NCBI GenBank assembly: GCA_965237905.1
Contig: OZ250172.1
Span: 3,008,001 to 3,072,000, forward strand
Direction: 5' to 3'
Source of the DNA: Nitrospinaceae bacterium
Lineage (GTDB): Bacteria; Nitrospinota; Nitrospinia; Nitrospinales; Nitrospinaceae
Length of the DNA: 64,000 bases
Each line of letters starts with the position of its first letter. Within the stretch, counting starts at the first letter, position 1. The notes below the pieces were generated by a model that had not been told where the DNA came from, made no database searches, and saw only the letters and a program-made list of their open reading frames with translations. A program made the translations under genes and the position numbers. Shown one piece after another: positions 52,038 through 63,166 of this stretch.

Positions 52038-52340
52038 CGTGTGTCATCCCGGACATGGGTGTGAAAGCGACTCATCCCTGAGCTTGAAGGACATGGTACA
52101 ATACTGAAAAACCTAATAGAATTCTGATACTTATATAATATAAACGATCCGGAAGGATGGGGCAAAAGTTTACAATGCTACCGGGTTCTTCCTCTTTGAT
52201 TTTTTCCGTTTGAGGAGTCTTATGAATTTACAGTGTCTTATTTTTATTGCCCTGGGATTTCTCGCCGCTTTTACGTTGCTCTTCCTGATGATCAGCCACA
52301 AGTCCGACTGAACCCTCCTCGAAGTTCTTGCGTCGCTTGC

Positions 52341-54350
52341 CTAATCCACAGCATGGCAGGCCACAAAAGTGTTCCCCTTGAATTTCTTTTCCGGGTACTC
52401 GTTCCGGCATTTTTGGTGTAACGGAGATCCTTCCGGTTCCTTCATTAAAATCGGACAACGCGGATGAAAATGACACCCCGTAGGCGGATTGAGCGGTGAA
52501 GGCACATCTCCCACCACCGTTTCAAACGGTTTGCGTTCGCCCAGCGAAGGCACCGCTTTGAGAAGCGATTGCGTATAAGGGTGCTTCGGTAGCTGGAACA
52601 ACTCTTTCGCCGGCGCATATTCCACGATGCGCCCGAGATACATGATGGCCACTTCATCAGAAATATACTGCACGACATTCAGGTTGTGGGTGATGAACAG
52701 GTAAGTCAGATTCCGTTTGGCCTGCAGTTCCTTCAGCAGGTTGAGCACCTGTGCCTGCACGGAAACATCCAGTGCGCTGGTGGGTTCGTCCAGCACCAGA
52801 AACTCCGGTTCCAGAATCAATGCCCGGGCGATGCTGATGCGCTGCCGTTGACCTCCGGAAAATTCGTGCGGATATCGATCGGCGACAGAAGGGTCCATTC
52901 CCACCTCCCTCAGTACTTTGGAAATTTTGTCATTGGTTTCATCCGGACCCAGTTCCGGAAAATGAACGGTTAAGCCTTCTCCAATAATTTCCCGAACCCG
53001 CAGGCGAGGTGACAGGGAACCGAAAGGATCCTGAAAGATGATTTGCATGTGCCGCCGGATTTGCTTTAGCTCGTTCGTCGGCAGGTTCATCACGTCGGTT
53101 TCTTTAAAGTGCACCGTACCCTGAACCTCCCGGTTAAGGCGCAGAATCGATTCGCCCAAGGTGGTTTTACCACACCCGGACTCGCCTACCAGGGCCACCG
53201 TGGATCCCTTGATCAGTTTCAGGTCCACGTGATCCACTGCCTTGACATAATTGGCTATGCGGCGGAACACGCCTTTGCGTACCGGAAACCAGGTTTTCAG
53301 TCCCTGAACGGTGACCAAAGGTTCGTGCCCCATCGATTTTTTGGGAGCTAGAATCTTGGGTTCTTCCTGCACCGCGGTTTGGGTCATGCCGCCTTCAAAT
53401 AAATGACAGCGGACTGTATGGCCTTGTTCCACTTTATAGATTTTACTATCGTGGGAGCGGCACACGTCCATGGTGTGGGCACACCGGTCGGCGAACAAAC
53501 ACCCTTCTCCGTAATCCGTTGCGGGGGGAACCAGACCGGGAATGGTATTGAGCTCATACGATTCGTCACCGGGTTTGGGAATGGATTCAAATAATCTCCG
53601 GGTGTAAGGGTGCACCATATTTCCGAAAATTTGCTCGCGGCTTCCCTGTTCCACGATGCGTCCGGCGTACATGATGGAGACGTCATCCGCCATCTGGTTG
53701 ACGATACCCATATCGTGCGTGATTAGTAAAATCGCCATGCCCGTTTCTTTTTGCAGGTCCGCCATCAACCGCAAAACCTGGGCTTGGATGGTTACGTCCA
53801 GCGCCGTGGTCGGCTCGTCCGCGATCAATAGTTTGGGTTCACAAGCCAGCGCCATGGCGATCATGACCCTCTGTTTCATCCCGCCGGACAGTTGATGAGG
53901 GTAGTCGTCGATGCGTTTGTCCGGGTCAGGGAGGCCGACATGATCCAGCAACTCGATCGCCCGTTTGCGGGCCGGGCCTTTTTCCAGCATGCGGTGCATA
54001 CGAAGCGGTTCCTCCAACTGGTTGCCGATCCGGTACAGAGGATTGAGTGAGGTCATCGGTTCCTGGAAGATCATGGCGATGTCGTTGCCGCGAATACGGC
54101 GCATGTCTTCCTCAGATTTTTCGGATAGATTTTCCCGGTCAAACAGAATTTTGCCGGAGGGATGGTACCCATTTTCGGCAATGAGCCGGATGATGGAAAA
54201 GGCGGTCTGCGATTTGCCGCATCCGGATTCGCCCACCAGCGCCAGGGTTTTGCCCTGATCCAGTTGGAAGGAGATGCCGTCCACCGCTTGCGCGACCTGA
54301 GTCAGGCCCACCCGGAAATACGTTCGCAGATTGTCGACTTCGAGTAACAT
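52341..54350 (-). CDS. Peptide ABC transporter, fused double ATP-binding protein (YejF/DppDF-like)
   Basis: Two GESGCGK Walker A motifs; LSGGM and FSGGQ signatures; oligopeptide-type C-terminal Cys motifs. Confidence 0.93.
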   Translation of the reverse strand: MLLEVDNLRTYFRVGLTQVAQAVDGISFQLDQGKTLALVGESGCGKSQTAFSIIRLIAENGYHPSGKILFDRENLSEKSEEDMRRIRGNDIAMIFQEPMTSLNPLYRIGNQLEEPLRMHRMLEKGPARKRAIELLDHVGLPDPDKRIDDYPHQLSGGMKQRVMIAMALACEPKLLIADEPTTALDVTIQAQVLRLMADLQKETGMAILLITHDMGIVNQMADDVSIMYAGRIVEQGSREQIFGNMVHPYTRRLFESIPKPGDESYELNTIPGLVPPATDYGEGCLFADRCAHTMDVCRSHDSKIYKVEQGHTVRCHLFEGGMTQTAVQEEPKILAPKKSMGHEPLVTVQGLKTWFPVRKGVFRRIANYVKAVDHVDLKLIKGSTVALVGESGCGKTTLGESILRLNREVQGTVHFKETDVMNLPTNELKQIRRHMQIIFQDPFGSLSPRLRVREIIGEGLTVHFPELGPDETNDKISKVLREVGMDPSVADRYPHEFSGGQRQRISIARALILEPEFLVLDEPTSALDVSVQAQVLNLLKELQAKRNLTYLFITHNLNVVQYISDEVAIMYLGRIVEYAPAKELFQLPKHPYTQSLLKAVPSLGERKPFETVVGDVPSPLNPPTGCHFHPRCPILMKEPEGSPLHQKCRNEYPEKKFKGNTFVACHAVD

Positions 54351-55664
54351 TTAGTTGGATGCCTTTCTAGGATCAAAGGCATTGCGGATGCCGTCGCCGA
54401 CGAAGGTCAATAGGGTCAAGGCTCCGGTCAACACGACAAAGGTGGGGACCAGTATCCAGATCGCCTGCAGATTGGTTTTGCCCTGCGCCAGCAGTTCGCC
54501 GATGCTCGGAGCGGGGCTGGGCACGCCGAGGTTCAGAAAATCGAGACTCACCAGCGCCAGAATGCCTGCCGTCACTTCAAAAGGAAAAAAGGTGATAACC
54601 GGTGTCAGCGAATTCGGCAGGATATGCTTTCCCATGATGCGGAAATTGGAAACGCCCAGCGCTTTGGCGGCTTTGACATATTCGAGGTTGCGTCCCTTTA
54701 AAAATTCAGCACGGATATAGGCGGCCATGCCCATCCATGCCGTCAGGTTCAGAATAACAAATAGGAGCAAGGCAGAGGGAGTCAGTAGAGCGCTCAGAAT
54801 AATCAGAATGTACAGACGCGGGATGGAGCCCCACATCTCGGTCAGGCGTTGCCCGATCAAATCGATCCAGCCTCCGAAAAATCCTTGAATGCCGCCCAGC
54901 AGGCATCCAAGAAGGGTTCCGGTTACCGCCAGCGATAAACCAAAAATCATGGAAATACGGAAGCCGTAAATCAAACGAGCCAGCACGTCACGGCCGCGGT
55001 CGTCGGTGCCCAGATAATGCCCGTCCTGCCAGGACGAGGGGATGATTCTGCTTTTATCGGCGGATTGTGTTTCGTAAGGTGCGGCGAGGGTGACCCGGCC
55101 CGTTACGCTGTGACTGGGGATGTGCCTGTAGTCATACCGTACCAGCGGCCAGAGCATCCAGTAGTCATGAGCCTTCAGTGCGGTGTCAGGGGTCTCTGGA
55201 ACGGTTTCGTTTTTGGTTTCCGGGAGCGGCGCCAGTGAATCGTCTTCTTCAAAATCTTCCAACGTTAAAATCAGGGGTGCGGATGAGACGCTTTCTTCCC
55301 CTTCATCGAAATCTCCCAGGCCCAGTGTCAGGTTGGCATCATCCCCTTCATCAAAATCACTTAAATCCATACTGGTAGAAGCGTCCGGCGATTCGCCCTT
55401 GAGGATCCTTAGAAACCGTTCCGACTTGTAATCGGGTTCCGAGAGAAAGGGACCGCCAAAGTCCTGCTCGCTGTAAGTCCACATGATGGGAAAGTACGGT
55501 TTGCCGTCCACCACTAGAAGAATTGGGCGGACGTTGCATAGAAACTCGGCGGGCAGGGTCAGGAAAAAAACCGCCATCAGGGCGATCAGGCTGTAGCGCG
55601 CCCGTTTGTCGCTATTGAATTTTTGAAATTTGACCTGCAGGTCCTTGTTTAATTTTATTGCCAC
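54351..55664 (-). CDS. yejE: Peptide ABC permease (YejE-like) with acidic insert
   Basis: 'AEFLCN..PI', 'LGTDDRGRDVLARLIYGFRIS', 'QGFFGG..DL.GQR'. Confidence 0.85.
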   Translation of the reverse strand: MAIKLNKDLQVKFQKFNSDKRARYSLIALMAVFFLTLPAEFLCNVRPILLVVDGKPYFPIMWTYSEQDFGGPFLSEPDYKSERFLRILKGESPDASTSMDLSDFDEGDDANLTLGLGDFDEGEESVSSAPLILTLEDFEEDDSLAPLPETKNETVPETPDTALKAHDYWMLWPLVRYDYRHIPSHSVTGRVTLAAPYETQSADKSRIIPSSWQDGHYLGTDDRGRDVLARLIYGFRISMIFGLSLAVTGTLLGCLLGGIQGFFGGWIDLIGQRLTEMWGSIPRLYILIILSALLTPSALLLFVILNLTAWMGMAAYIRAEFLKGRNLEYVKAAKALGVSNFRIMGKHILPNSLTPVITFFPFEVTAGILALVSLDFLNLGVPSPAPSIGELLAQGKTNLQAIWILVPTFVVLTGALTLLTFVGDGIRNAFDPRKASN

Positions 55665-56809
55665 TATCCCTGCGACTCCTCAAATGAAATCCGGCGGTCG
55701 ATGATCACGTAAGAAATATCCGTCAATAATTGTCCGATCAATGCCAGCAAAGCGAAAATAAACAGACTGCCCAATACGATGGGATAATCCCTCTGGATCA
55801 CGGCCTGGTACGACAGCAGACCCAAACCATCCAAGGTAAAAATCTGTTCGATCAACAGCGACCCGGTGAAAAACATGGTCAGAAAGGCGATGGGAAAACC
55901 CGTGATCAGGGGGATCAGGGAATTTTTCAAAATATGCTTGTAGAGGATAGAGTTCTCGGTCAACCCCTTGGCACGCGCCGTCAGCACATATTGCTTGCGC
56001 ATCTCTTCAATGATGGCGTTCTTGGTCAACATGGTGAGCGTGGCGAAACCGCCGATGACGTAACAGGTCAACGGGGCTATAAGATGATGCAGGTAATCGG
56101 TGAACTTCTGCCAATAGGTCCATTCCTCATAACCGGGAATGCCCACCGAGGTGAGCCCGGCGATGGGTATCATATGGGCGATCGCCCGGTCACCCGGCCC
56201 AAAAAGAACGATGAGCAGGAGTCCCAGAACAAAACCCGGTGTGCTGTAACCGATCAACACAAGTACGCTGGAGGTTGTATCGAATCGAGAGCCGCTTCTC
56301 ACGGCCTTGGCAATGCCCAGGGTGATGCAGATGATATAAGTCATGAAAAAACTGATGACTCCGAGAGAAGCCGAGACCGGCAGTTTTTCGACGATCAATT
56401 CCAGAACCGACTTGTTCCGGTAAAATGAATTGCCGAATTTGAACACCAGAAACCCATCCCAGTTGTCCCGGTTGAAAAACCGTTCGGTGAACGGTGGGTT
56501 CATGTCCTTCGGTGAATACCAGATGAAGGTCCGGAGGTAACGTTCCCAAACCGGTCGGTCCAAGTGATATATTTTTTTTAGTTCCTCAAGATATTTCGGG
56601 TCCATCTCTTGGGCTTTGAGACCCTGAATGCCTCCTGGGCTACCACCGCCTCCGGCTTCGTCCATCACACCCGCATGCCCGCGCAGTTGGGATCTCATTT
56701 GATCGATGGGTCCGCCCGGTACAAATTGGACGATGACAAACGTAATCGTGAGAATTCCGATCAGAGTCGGGAGCATCAACATCAGGCGGCGAATTATATA
56801 AGAGGTCAT
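55664..56809 (-). CDS. yejB: Peptide ABC permease (YejB-like)
   Basis: 'YIIRRLMLMLPTL', 'QFVPGGP', 'KQYVLTARAKG', 'FFTGSLLIE.IF.LDGLGLL'. Confidence 0.88.
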   Translation of the reverse strand: MTSYIIRRLMLMLPTLIGILTITFVIVQFVPGGPIDQMRSQLRGHAGVMDEAGGGGSPGGIQGLKAQEMDPKYLEELKKIYHLDRPVWERYLRTFIWYSPKDMNPPFTERFFNRDNWDGFLVFKFGNSFYRNKSVLELIVEKLPVSASLGVISFFMTYIICITLGIAKAVRSGSRFDTTSSVLVLIGYSTPGFVLGLLLIVLFGPGDRAIAHMIPIAGLTSVGIPGYEEWTYWQKFTDYLHHLIAPLTCYVIGGFATLTMLTKNAIIEEMRKQYVLTARAKGLTENSILYKHILKNSLIPLITGFPIAFLTMFFTGSLLIEQIFTLDGLGLLSYQAVIQRDYPIVLGSLFIFALLALIGQLLTDISYVIIDRRISFEESQG

Positions 56810-56829
56810 AATATTTTATGTGAATGGAA

Positions 56830-58713
56830 TTACTTGAGCGATTTGCCGGCGGCACGTGCGGTTTTCAGCTTCTCCGCCTTGTCCTTGTCGTACCACCACC
56901 ACTCCAGAAAATGAGAAAATCGTGAGGATGCCGAAGGAATAACTTTAGGATGTGAGAATTTATTCCAATATACCATGCGGTCATAACCGATGTACCAGTT
57001 GGGTACCATGTAAAACTGGTGGGTCAGTATACGGTCCATCGCTTGGATGGCGTTGACCAGTTCTTTGCGTGTCTTGGCTTTGACGATGATATCGACCAGT
57101 TCGTCGATTGCCGGGTTCTCGATTCGCATGTAGTTGCGGGAGCCTGGAACTTTTGCAGCTTCGCTGGTCCACATGCTACGTTGCTCGTTTCCGGGTGAAC
57201 GCGATTGGCCATACCCGGTGATAATCATGTCATATTTGAATTCGCGCGTCCGCTCCTCGTATTGGGCGGTTTTAACCATCTTTACTTTTAAGTTAATTCC
57301 AATTTTAGCCAGATTACTTTTATAGGGCTCTACAATTCTTTCCCATTGGGGATTGTCAAGAAGGACTTCAAATTCCAACCGTTTTCCATTTTTTTGACGA
57401 ATTCCTCTAGCTCCAGATTTCCATCCCTCCGAATTGAGCAGTTTGTTGGCCAGGGCAATATTTTTTTCGATGGGGATGCCTTGGCCGGGTGCTCCGACGG
57501 GTTTTGTGAACACCGTTTTTGGAACAACCTTCTTACCGTATTTTTTTCTCAGGTTCAGCAACATTTCCTTTACTTCTCCCTGAGGCAGGCCTTTCGCCTT
57601 CATTTCAGGATTGTTGTCAAAGTAACAATCGTTCCGTGTGTATTGATCGTAAAACAGGTTCCGGTTGCTCCAGTCGAAATCCATCATCATGGCAATGGCG
57701 GCGCGCACCTTACGGGATTTGAAAATGGGGTTCCGCAGGTTCATGGCAAAGCCCTGCATACCTGCTACACGGGTATGAGGGAGTTCTTTGCGGAGATAGT
57801 AACCTTTTTTTACAAAATCACCTTTATAGTCCAACGCCCAGTCCCGCGAGTTGCCTATCATGTTGAGATCAAATTCGCCTCCTTTGAAAGCTTCCCGTAT
57901 CGCAACAGAGTCGAGGTAGACTTTGACCGTGATCTCATCGAAGTTGAAGCGGCCTTTGTTGATAGCTAAATCTTTGCCCCACCAGTTGGGGTCGCGCTGG
58001 TAGGTGATGTACTTACCGAATTCGTATTTTTTCACCTTGTAGGGTCCGCTTCCGAGTGCCATGGCATCGAAATCCGAACCGAATTTTTTTCCTTTCTGGC
58101 CATAGACGTGCTTGGGTAGGATTGCCATTTGACCCACAATCAAAGGGAGTTCCTGGTTATAGAACGCGAACGTGTATTTCACCCGATAGGAATCCAATTT
58201 TTCTGCTTTTTTGATATCGGCGAAATAATGTTTGAAAAAGGGATGAAACTCCGGGTCTTTTTTGATCAGATCGAACGAGAACACAAAATCGTCCGCTGTC
58301 ACCGGATGCCCATCTGCAAATTTGGCGTTTTTGCGAATGTGGTAAACCATGCTGAACCGGTCGTCCGCCAGTTCTGCCTTTTCGACCAGGTTGCCGTACT
58401 GCGAGAAATGCTCGTCATCATCCACCGAGCTGTCCATGGGGGTTTGAAATACCAGTGCATCAATCAATCGGGCGGGAACTCCTTTAAGGGAAAAGGGGTT
58501 TAGTTTGGTGAATGACCCAAAGACACTTAAAGTCAGGTACCCGCCCTTGGGAGCGTTGGGATTGCCGTAATCGTAGGTTTGACCTGGCTGGTATTTGAGG
58601 TCTTGGGGGCCATACAGAGAGAGTCCGTGCGAGGTTTTTTCCGCCAAGACGGAAGGAGCATAAAGTAAAACGAACCCTAGCAGGAGGACCAGGAGCAAAA
58701 AGTGTTTTTTCAT
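56830..58713 (-). CDS. yejA: Peptide ABC substrate-binding protein (YejA-like)
   Basis: 'NPNAPKGG', 'LNPFSLKG', 'GSGPY', 'GRFNFD', 'SPGNEQR'. Confidence 0.88.
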   Translation of the reverse strand: MKKHFLLLVLLLGFVLLYAPSVLAEKTSHGLSLYGPQDLKYQPGQTYDYGNPNAPKGGYLTLSVFGSFTKLNPFSLKGVPARLIDALVFQTPMDSSVDDDEHFSQYGNLVEKAELADDRFSMVYHIRKNAKFADGHPVTADDFVFSFDLIKKDPEFHPFFKHYFADIKKAEKLDSYRVKYTFAFYNQELPLIVGQMAILPKHVYGQKGKKFGSDFDAMALGSGPYKVKKYEFGKYITYQRDPNWWGKDLAINKGRFNFDEITVKVYLDSVAIREAFKGGEFDLNMIGNSRDWALDYKGDFVKKGYYLRKELPHTRVAGMQGFAMNLRNPIFKSRKVRAAIAMMMDFDWSNRNLFYDQYTRNDCYFDNNPEMKAKGLPQGEVKEMLLNLRKKYGKKVVPKTVFTKPVGAPGQGIPIEKNIALANKLLNSEGWKSGARGIRQKNGKRLEFEVLLDNPQWERIVEPYKSNLAKIGINLKVKMVKTAQYEERTREFKYDMIITGYGQSRSPGNEQRSMWTSEAAKVPGSRNYMRIENPAIDELVDIIVKAKTRKELVNAIQAMDRILTHQFYMVPNWYIGYDRMVYWNKFSHPKVIPSASSRFSHFLEWWWYDKDKAEKLKTARAAGKSLK

Positions 58714-58939
58714 GAATGTGCCTTTTGGGTGATTCCATCGTCCCGGTGGTTGCCGGGACCCGGTTGACGGATATGCAGGTGATGTCCGGAAAGCAAACTG
58801 CTATTGCTTTTAGTCAACTATAAATCAAAAGCTTGATGATTCCAAGGAAGCAACTTGGAGTAGAATAGTATGAGGGACTTTGGAAACTCAAGGATTCGAT
58901 TGAGAACCCCGCTTGTTTCTGATAACCTTTTGATATTAC

Positions 58940-60142
58940 TTGTCAATCCCACACCAACCCTTTAAAGAAAGAACCCGCGCTGTGAGCTCCCTAATCCAAC
59001 CTCGTAAAACCCGAAAAATCCGTGTCGGCTCCCTGACGATTGGGGGCGATTCTCCGATAGCCGTACAGAGCATGACCGCCACCCGGACTGTGGATATCGA
59101 CGCCACCGCCCGGCAAATCCAGATTCTTGAAAAGGCCGGGGCCGATGTCATTCGCATCGCCGTCGACAGCAAGGAAGACGTCGAGGCCCTGAAGATTCTT
59201 CGAAAGGCTTCCAAAGCGGTCTTTTCCGTGGACCTGCAGGAAAATTACCGGCTGGCACCGTTGGTGGCCCCTTATGTGAATAAAATCCGATATAATCCCG
59301 GCCACTTATATCATCTCGACAAGCAACTGACCATTCCGGAAAAGGTCGAATTCATCGTAAAAGCCGCCCGGGAGAATGATTGTGCCATCCGGATCGGGGT
59401 CAACAGTGGGTCGGTGGACCCGGATTATAAGGCCCAGTATGCGGATGACCCTCTACAGGCCATGGTCCGCTGTGCGGTGGACCATTGCCAATTACTGGAT
59501 GACCTGGGGTTCGAGAATTATTGCGTTTCTCTCAAGAATTCGGATTGCAAGGAAGTGATCGAGGCCAACAAGCGCTTTGCGGCGGAGCGGCCGGATGTGC
59601 CTTTGCATCTGGGAGTCACCGAAGCGGGGATGCCGCCGGAGGGAATCATCAAAACCCGAATCGCATTTGAGCAATTGATTCCGGCGGGAATCGGCGATAC
59701 CATCCGGGTATCCCTGACTGTTCCCGACGACGACAAAGGCGAGGAGATCGCCGTAGGGCGCTCCATACTCCAAGATATTGAGGATGGGAGGTTTAGGTCC
59801 GTTCCCGAGAACTTTCTGGAGGGTCTGAACATCATCGCTTGTCCCAGTTGCTCCCGGGTCGAGAATGGAAAATTTGTGGATTTAGCGCAGGATGTGCGTA
59901 AAATGACCGAATACGCTGAGAAGTACAAGATCACCATCGCGGTCATGGGGTGCCGGGTGAACGGCCCCGGTGAAACGGATGACGCCGATCTCGGTCTCTG
60001 GTGCGGTCCGGCCCACGTCAATCTCAAAAAGGGAACGGAAGCGGTTGGAGCATTCAGCTACGATGAAATTCTGGGGAAGCTCAGAGAAGAACTCGACAAG
60101 CTGATCGAAGAGAAGCATGGAGCGCAGGTGGTTCCTGATTAA
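58940..60142 (+). CDS. ispG: (E)-4-hydroxy-3-methylbut-2-enyl-diphosphate synthase
   Basis: 'IAVQSM', 'IRIGVNSGS', '[10 protein letters not shown]', '[11 protein letters not shown]', 'CPSC', '[10 protein letters not shown]'. Confidence 0.96.
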   Translation: MSIPHQPFKERTRAVSSLIQPRKTRKIRVGSLTIGGDSPIAVQSMTATRTVDIDATARQIQILEKAGADVIRIAVDSKEDVEALKILRKASKAVFSVDLQENYRLAPLVAPYVNKIRYNPGHLYHLDKQLTIPEKVEFIVKAARENDCAIRIGVNSGSVDPDYKAQYADDPLQAMVRCAVDHCQLLDDLGFENYCVSLKNSDCKEVIEANKRFAAERPDVPLHLGVTEAGMPPEGIIKTRIAFEQLIPAGIGDTIRVSLTVPDDDKGEEIAVGRSILQDIEDGRFRSVPENFLEGLNIIACPSCSRVENGKFVDLAQDVRKMTEYAEKYKITIAVMGCRVNGPGETDDADLGLWCGPAHVNLKKGTEAVGAFSYDEILGKLREELDKLIEEKHGAQVVPD

Positions 60143-60165
60143 TTTATTTTATCAAGAGACGATTT

Positions 60166-61542
60166 ATGGAATTCAAAGTAGAAGAGTTGGAAGGGGTCCG
60201 GCGCAAGCTGGACATCGAAGTACCGGGGAATGTAGTTGCACAAAGGGTCACTCGCGCCTACAAGGAAATCAACAAGCAGGTCAAAATGCCTGGATTTCGT
60301 CCGGGTAAAATTCCTCAACATGTCCTCGAAAAGCAGGTGCCGCTGGAGTCGATGTCCCAGTTGTGGCAGGGGCTGATGCAGGAGTATTACGACAAGGCGC
60401 TCATGGAAACCGGCATGATCCCCGCCGGGCCGCCGGAAATCGACCATTCCGCGATCAATGAAGTCAAAAAGGATAAACCGTTTTCTTTTTCGGTGATGAT
60501 CGACATCAAACCCGAAGTCAAATTCAAGAATTACAAAGGACTGAAATTCAAGAAAACGTTGTTCGAGGTGACCGATGCCGAGGTTGAAGCCTCCGTTCAA
60601 AGTCACCTGAAACCGTTCGGGACGTTTGTCATTTACCGGGAGGGTCATGAGGTGCAGTTGGATGATCATCTGGTCATGGATTTCGAAGGTTATCTCGACG
60701 GCGAACCTCTGGAAAACGGAAAAGCCAATGATTATCCGGTGCGTGTGGGCGAGAAAAAAATGATCGCCGGGTTTGAAGATCAGTTGATTGGCCACAAGGC
60801 GGGCGAGGATTTGGAGATCAAGGTCACGCTTCCACTCGACTGGAACAAGAAACTGCGGCGGGTGAGCATGCCGATTCCGGGGTCTGCCGCAGAGGAAGCG
60901 GATGATCTGGCAACATTTTATGTGCATATCAAGGAAATTAAAAAATTAAACCTTCCGGAATTGACCGATGAGTTCGTCCAGCAACAGGGGGAAGAGTCGG
61001 TCGAGGCTTTCCGTCGAAAAGTGAAATCCGGCATCCAGGGGATGAAGGAGAATGCCGAGGAGGTCCGCATCAAACAGGACATTTTCAATTACCTGGTGAA
61101 GGAGCACGAAGTCGATTCACCCGAGTCGCTGATCAAGCAGGAGTTGAAATTCATGATCGACGGGATGAAATTTCAGATCCAGCAGTCGGGCATGAAGCTG
61201 GAGGATTCGGGGTTCGATCCGGAACAGGCGGAGAAGGAATGGCGCGAACGCGCGGTGTTCAACACCAAGGGTTACGTTATTCTGGAAGGTATTGCCAAGG
61301 CGGAGAACATCCACGTGGCGCAGTCAGACATGGAGGAAGAGTACAAGCGTCTGGCCGAGGAAACCAAAAAACCGGTGGAAGAGGTGAAGCAATCCCTGTT
61401 CTCCAACCAGGATTATATGACGCAAACCAGTAACCGCATCCTGGGACAGAAAGCACTGAATCTGATTTTCTCGCACTGCGAGTTTGAATTTCTTTCCGAA
61501 GCGGATATGAAGAAGGAATTGGACAAGGAAAAAAAAGCCTAG
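60166..61542 (+). CDS. tig: Trigger factor
   Basis: Ribosome-binding signature 'PGFRPGKIP'; FKBP 'MIAGFEDQLIG'. Confidence 0.94.
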   Translation: MEFKVEELEGVRRKLDIEVPGNVVAQRVTRAYKEINKQVKMPGFRPGKIPQHVLEKQVPLESMSQLWQGLMQEYYDKALMETGMIPAGPPEIDHSAINEVKKDKPFSFSVMIDIKPEVKFKNYKGLKFKKTLFEVTDAEVEASVQSHLKPFGTFVIYREGHEVQLDDHLVMDFEGYLDGEPLENGKANDYPVRVGEKKMIAGFEDQLIGHKAGEDLEIKVTLPLDWNKKLRRVSMPIPGSAAEEADDLATFYVHIKEIKKLNLPELTDEFVQQQGEESVEAFRRKVKSGIQGMKENAEEVRIKQDIFNYLVKEHEVDSPESLIKQELKFMIDGMKFQIQQSGMKLEDSGFDPEQAEKEWRERAVFNTKGYVILEGIAKAENIHVAQSDMEEEYKRLAEETKKPVEEVKQSLFSNQDYMTQTSNRILGQKALNLIFSHCEFEFLSEADMKKELDKEKKA

Positions 61543-61607
61543 GAACCCACTCAATAAAAATGAGACGTCCGATCCCAGGTGGATCGGTGTGTATATAAAA
61601 GGTTGTC

Positions 61608-62033
61608 ATGCTGAAATTCGTCAAGGTCATGGATGAGGAGGAATTGCCGCCCGGCAAATCCGCCATCATCTCCGCAGGAGAGGACGAGATCGCCCTGTTC
61701 AATTACAAGGGCAAGTATTTCGCCATCGCCAACAAGTGCCTGCACAAGGGGTCGCCTTTGGGGGAGGGGCGGATCGAAGAAGGCGTCATCATTTGTCCCA
61801 ACCACGAATGGCGGTATGACCTGGACACCGGGTACTGCCGGCAGAATCCGTTCATGAAAACCAAAATCTACCCGGTGCGCCTGCACAAAGGGAAGATCCG
61901 GATCGGCCTCGAAGTGCTGGAAAAGGATGCGCATCTAAAAGCGGTGGGCAAGGGCGCCCACAACCCCCCCGAAGCCTTAAAATTCAAAATCCATACCATC
62001 CAGAAACCCATCAACCCCGACGAAACGCTTTAA
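61608..62033 (+). CDS. Rieske [2Fe-2S] ferredoxin (NirD-like)
   Basis: 'NKCLHKGSPLGEG', 'ICPNHEWRYDL.TG'. Confidence 0.9.
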   Translation: MLKFVKVMDEEELPPGKSAIISAGEDEIALFNYKGKYFAIANKCLHKGSPLGEGRIEEGVIICPNHEWRYDLDTGYCRQNPFMKTKIYPVRLHKGKIRIGLEVLEKDAHLKAVGKGAHNPPEALKFKIHTIQKPINPDETL

Positions 62034-62040
62034 GCAAATC

Positions 62041-62952
62041 TTAAGACGGTTCTTCCACTTTTAATTTCTTCTTTTTCTTACCCCACGTCCATATCTTCAA
62101 TTGCGAGCCGAAATTATAGGCTTGGTCCATCAGGGTTTCGCCGTCCATGGCTTCCCAGCTTCCCGCTTGCTTGTGAGTCAGCAATTCGTAAATGGGAGTT
62201 TTGATGGACGTGTGAAACAACTCCAGATCGTCATGGCTGACGGGTTTGTGCAGGAGCACCTTGATGGCGACGTCGTCGATCTCATACTCCTCCTTGAGGG
62301 ATTTCAGAGCGTCTTCAAGCGTCTCCCCGCTGTGAGTTTTCTTGTCGATTTCCTCTTCGATGGTTTTGTTGCGCTTGGCAAAGGGATATTGAATTTGATC
62401 CAATGGCATGCCGATATGAAAATCCAGATGCGGAAAGTATAAATAGACCCAATCGCCAAAATCGATTTCTCCGCCTCCTGCAAAGGTGAATTCACGGGCT
62501 TCTTCGGCGGAGTCGCGCACCATTTGATTGTAATGTTTGACGAACCGGTTCATGCAGTCATAAGCCAGGGCGTAGTAATAGGAATTCATCCGGTACCATT
62601 GCTTGCCTTCGTTATGTCCGCCGACCAGTTTTTTCAGCATCAACGTGAGGGTCTTGTCATCCGCGAAGTGATGCGATAACGGAAACGCCTGTTCAAGATA
62701 AGGTTCCGCACTTTCACCATTTTTTCTGAGTTGCTGGAGATTTTCCTGGAGTTCGTTTTTGGCGTGTTTCAGGGAGTGATAGACAATGCGGACGTGGTTC
62801 AGTTTCCGCTGGTAGTTCATGTAATTCTTAAGCTCAGGATTTTTGACCTCATCGCGGTGGTTTGGTTGGCTTTGGGTGACGTCTTTGGCAAACGCTAACA
62901 TGGTGTTTCGGAGGCTTGAGGATTCCTGATGAGGACCCACTCGGTTCCCCAC
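62041..62952 (-). CDS. Hypothetical protein
   Basis: 303-codon ORF with protein-like composition and no competing gene; start may be ATG 62901. Confidence 0.7.
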   Translation of the reverse strand: MGNRVGPHQESSSLRNTMLAFAKDVTQSQPNHRDEVKNPELKNYMNYQRKLNHVRIVYHSLKHAKNELQENLQQLRKNGESAEPYLEQAFPLSHHFADDKTLTLMLKKLVGGHNEGKQWYRMNSYYYALAYDCMNRFVKHYNQMVRDSAEEAREFTFAGGGEIDFGDWVYLYFPHLDFHIGMPLDQIQYPFAKRNKTIEEEIDKKTHSGETLEDALKSLKEEYEIDDVAIKVLLHKPVSHDDLELFHTSIKTPIYELLTHKQAGSWEAMDGETLMDQAYNFGSQLKIWTWGKKKKKLKVEEPS

Positions 62953-63166
62953 AATATAAATGTGTATAGGTGAAATTCAGATCAATTATAGGAGATTTCC
63001 TATATAATGCAAGCCATCGGTACCCCTGTAGAAAGAGCGATTTTACAATCGAGCCGGACCGAGCGGATAGGCTTTTGGCAGGGAAAGCAAAGGTGATCCG
63101 GAAGGTGTCTCGCAGGGCTCATCCTGCATTTTGGTATTGGCCTTGCGCCAATGGAGCTATTGCTCA

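Noticed and set aside
58714..58939. Riboswitch upstream of yejA (hairpin gtcccgg-tggttg-ccgggac)
   Set aside because: A single hairpin only; no riboswitch consensus recognised. An Rfam search would be needed.
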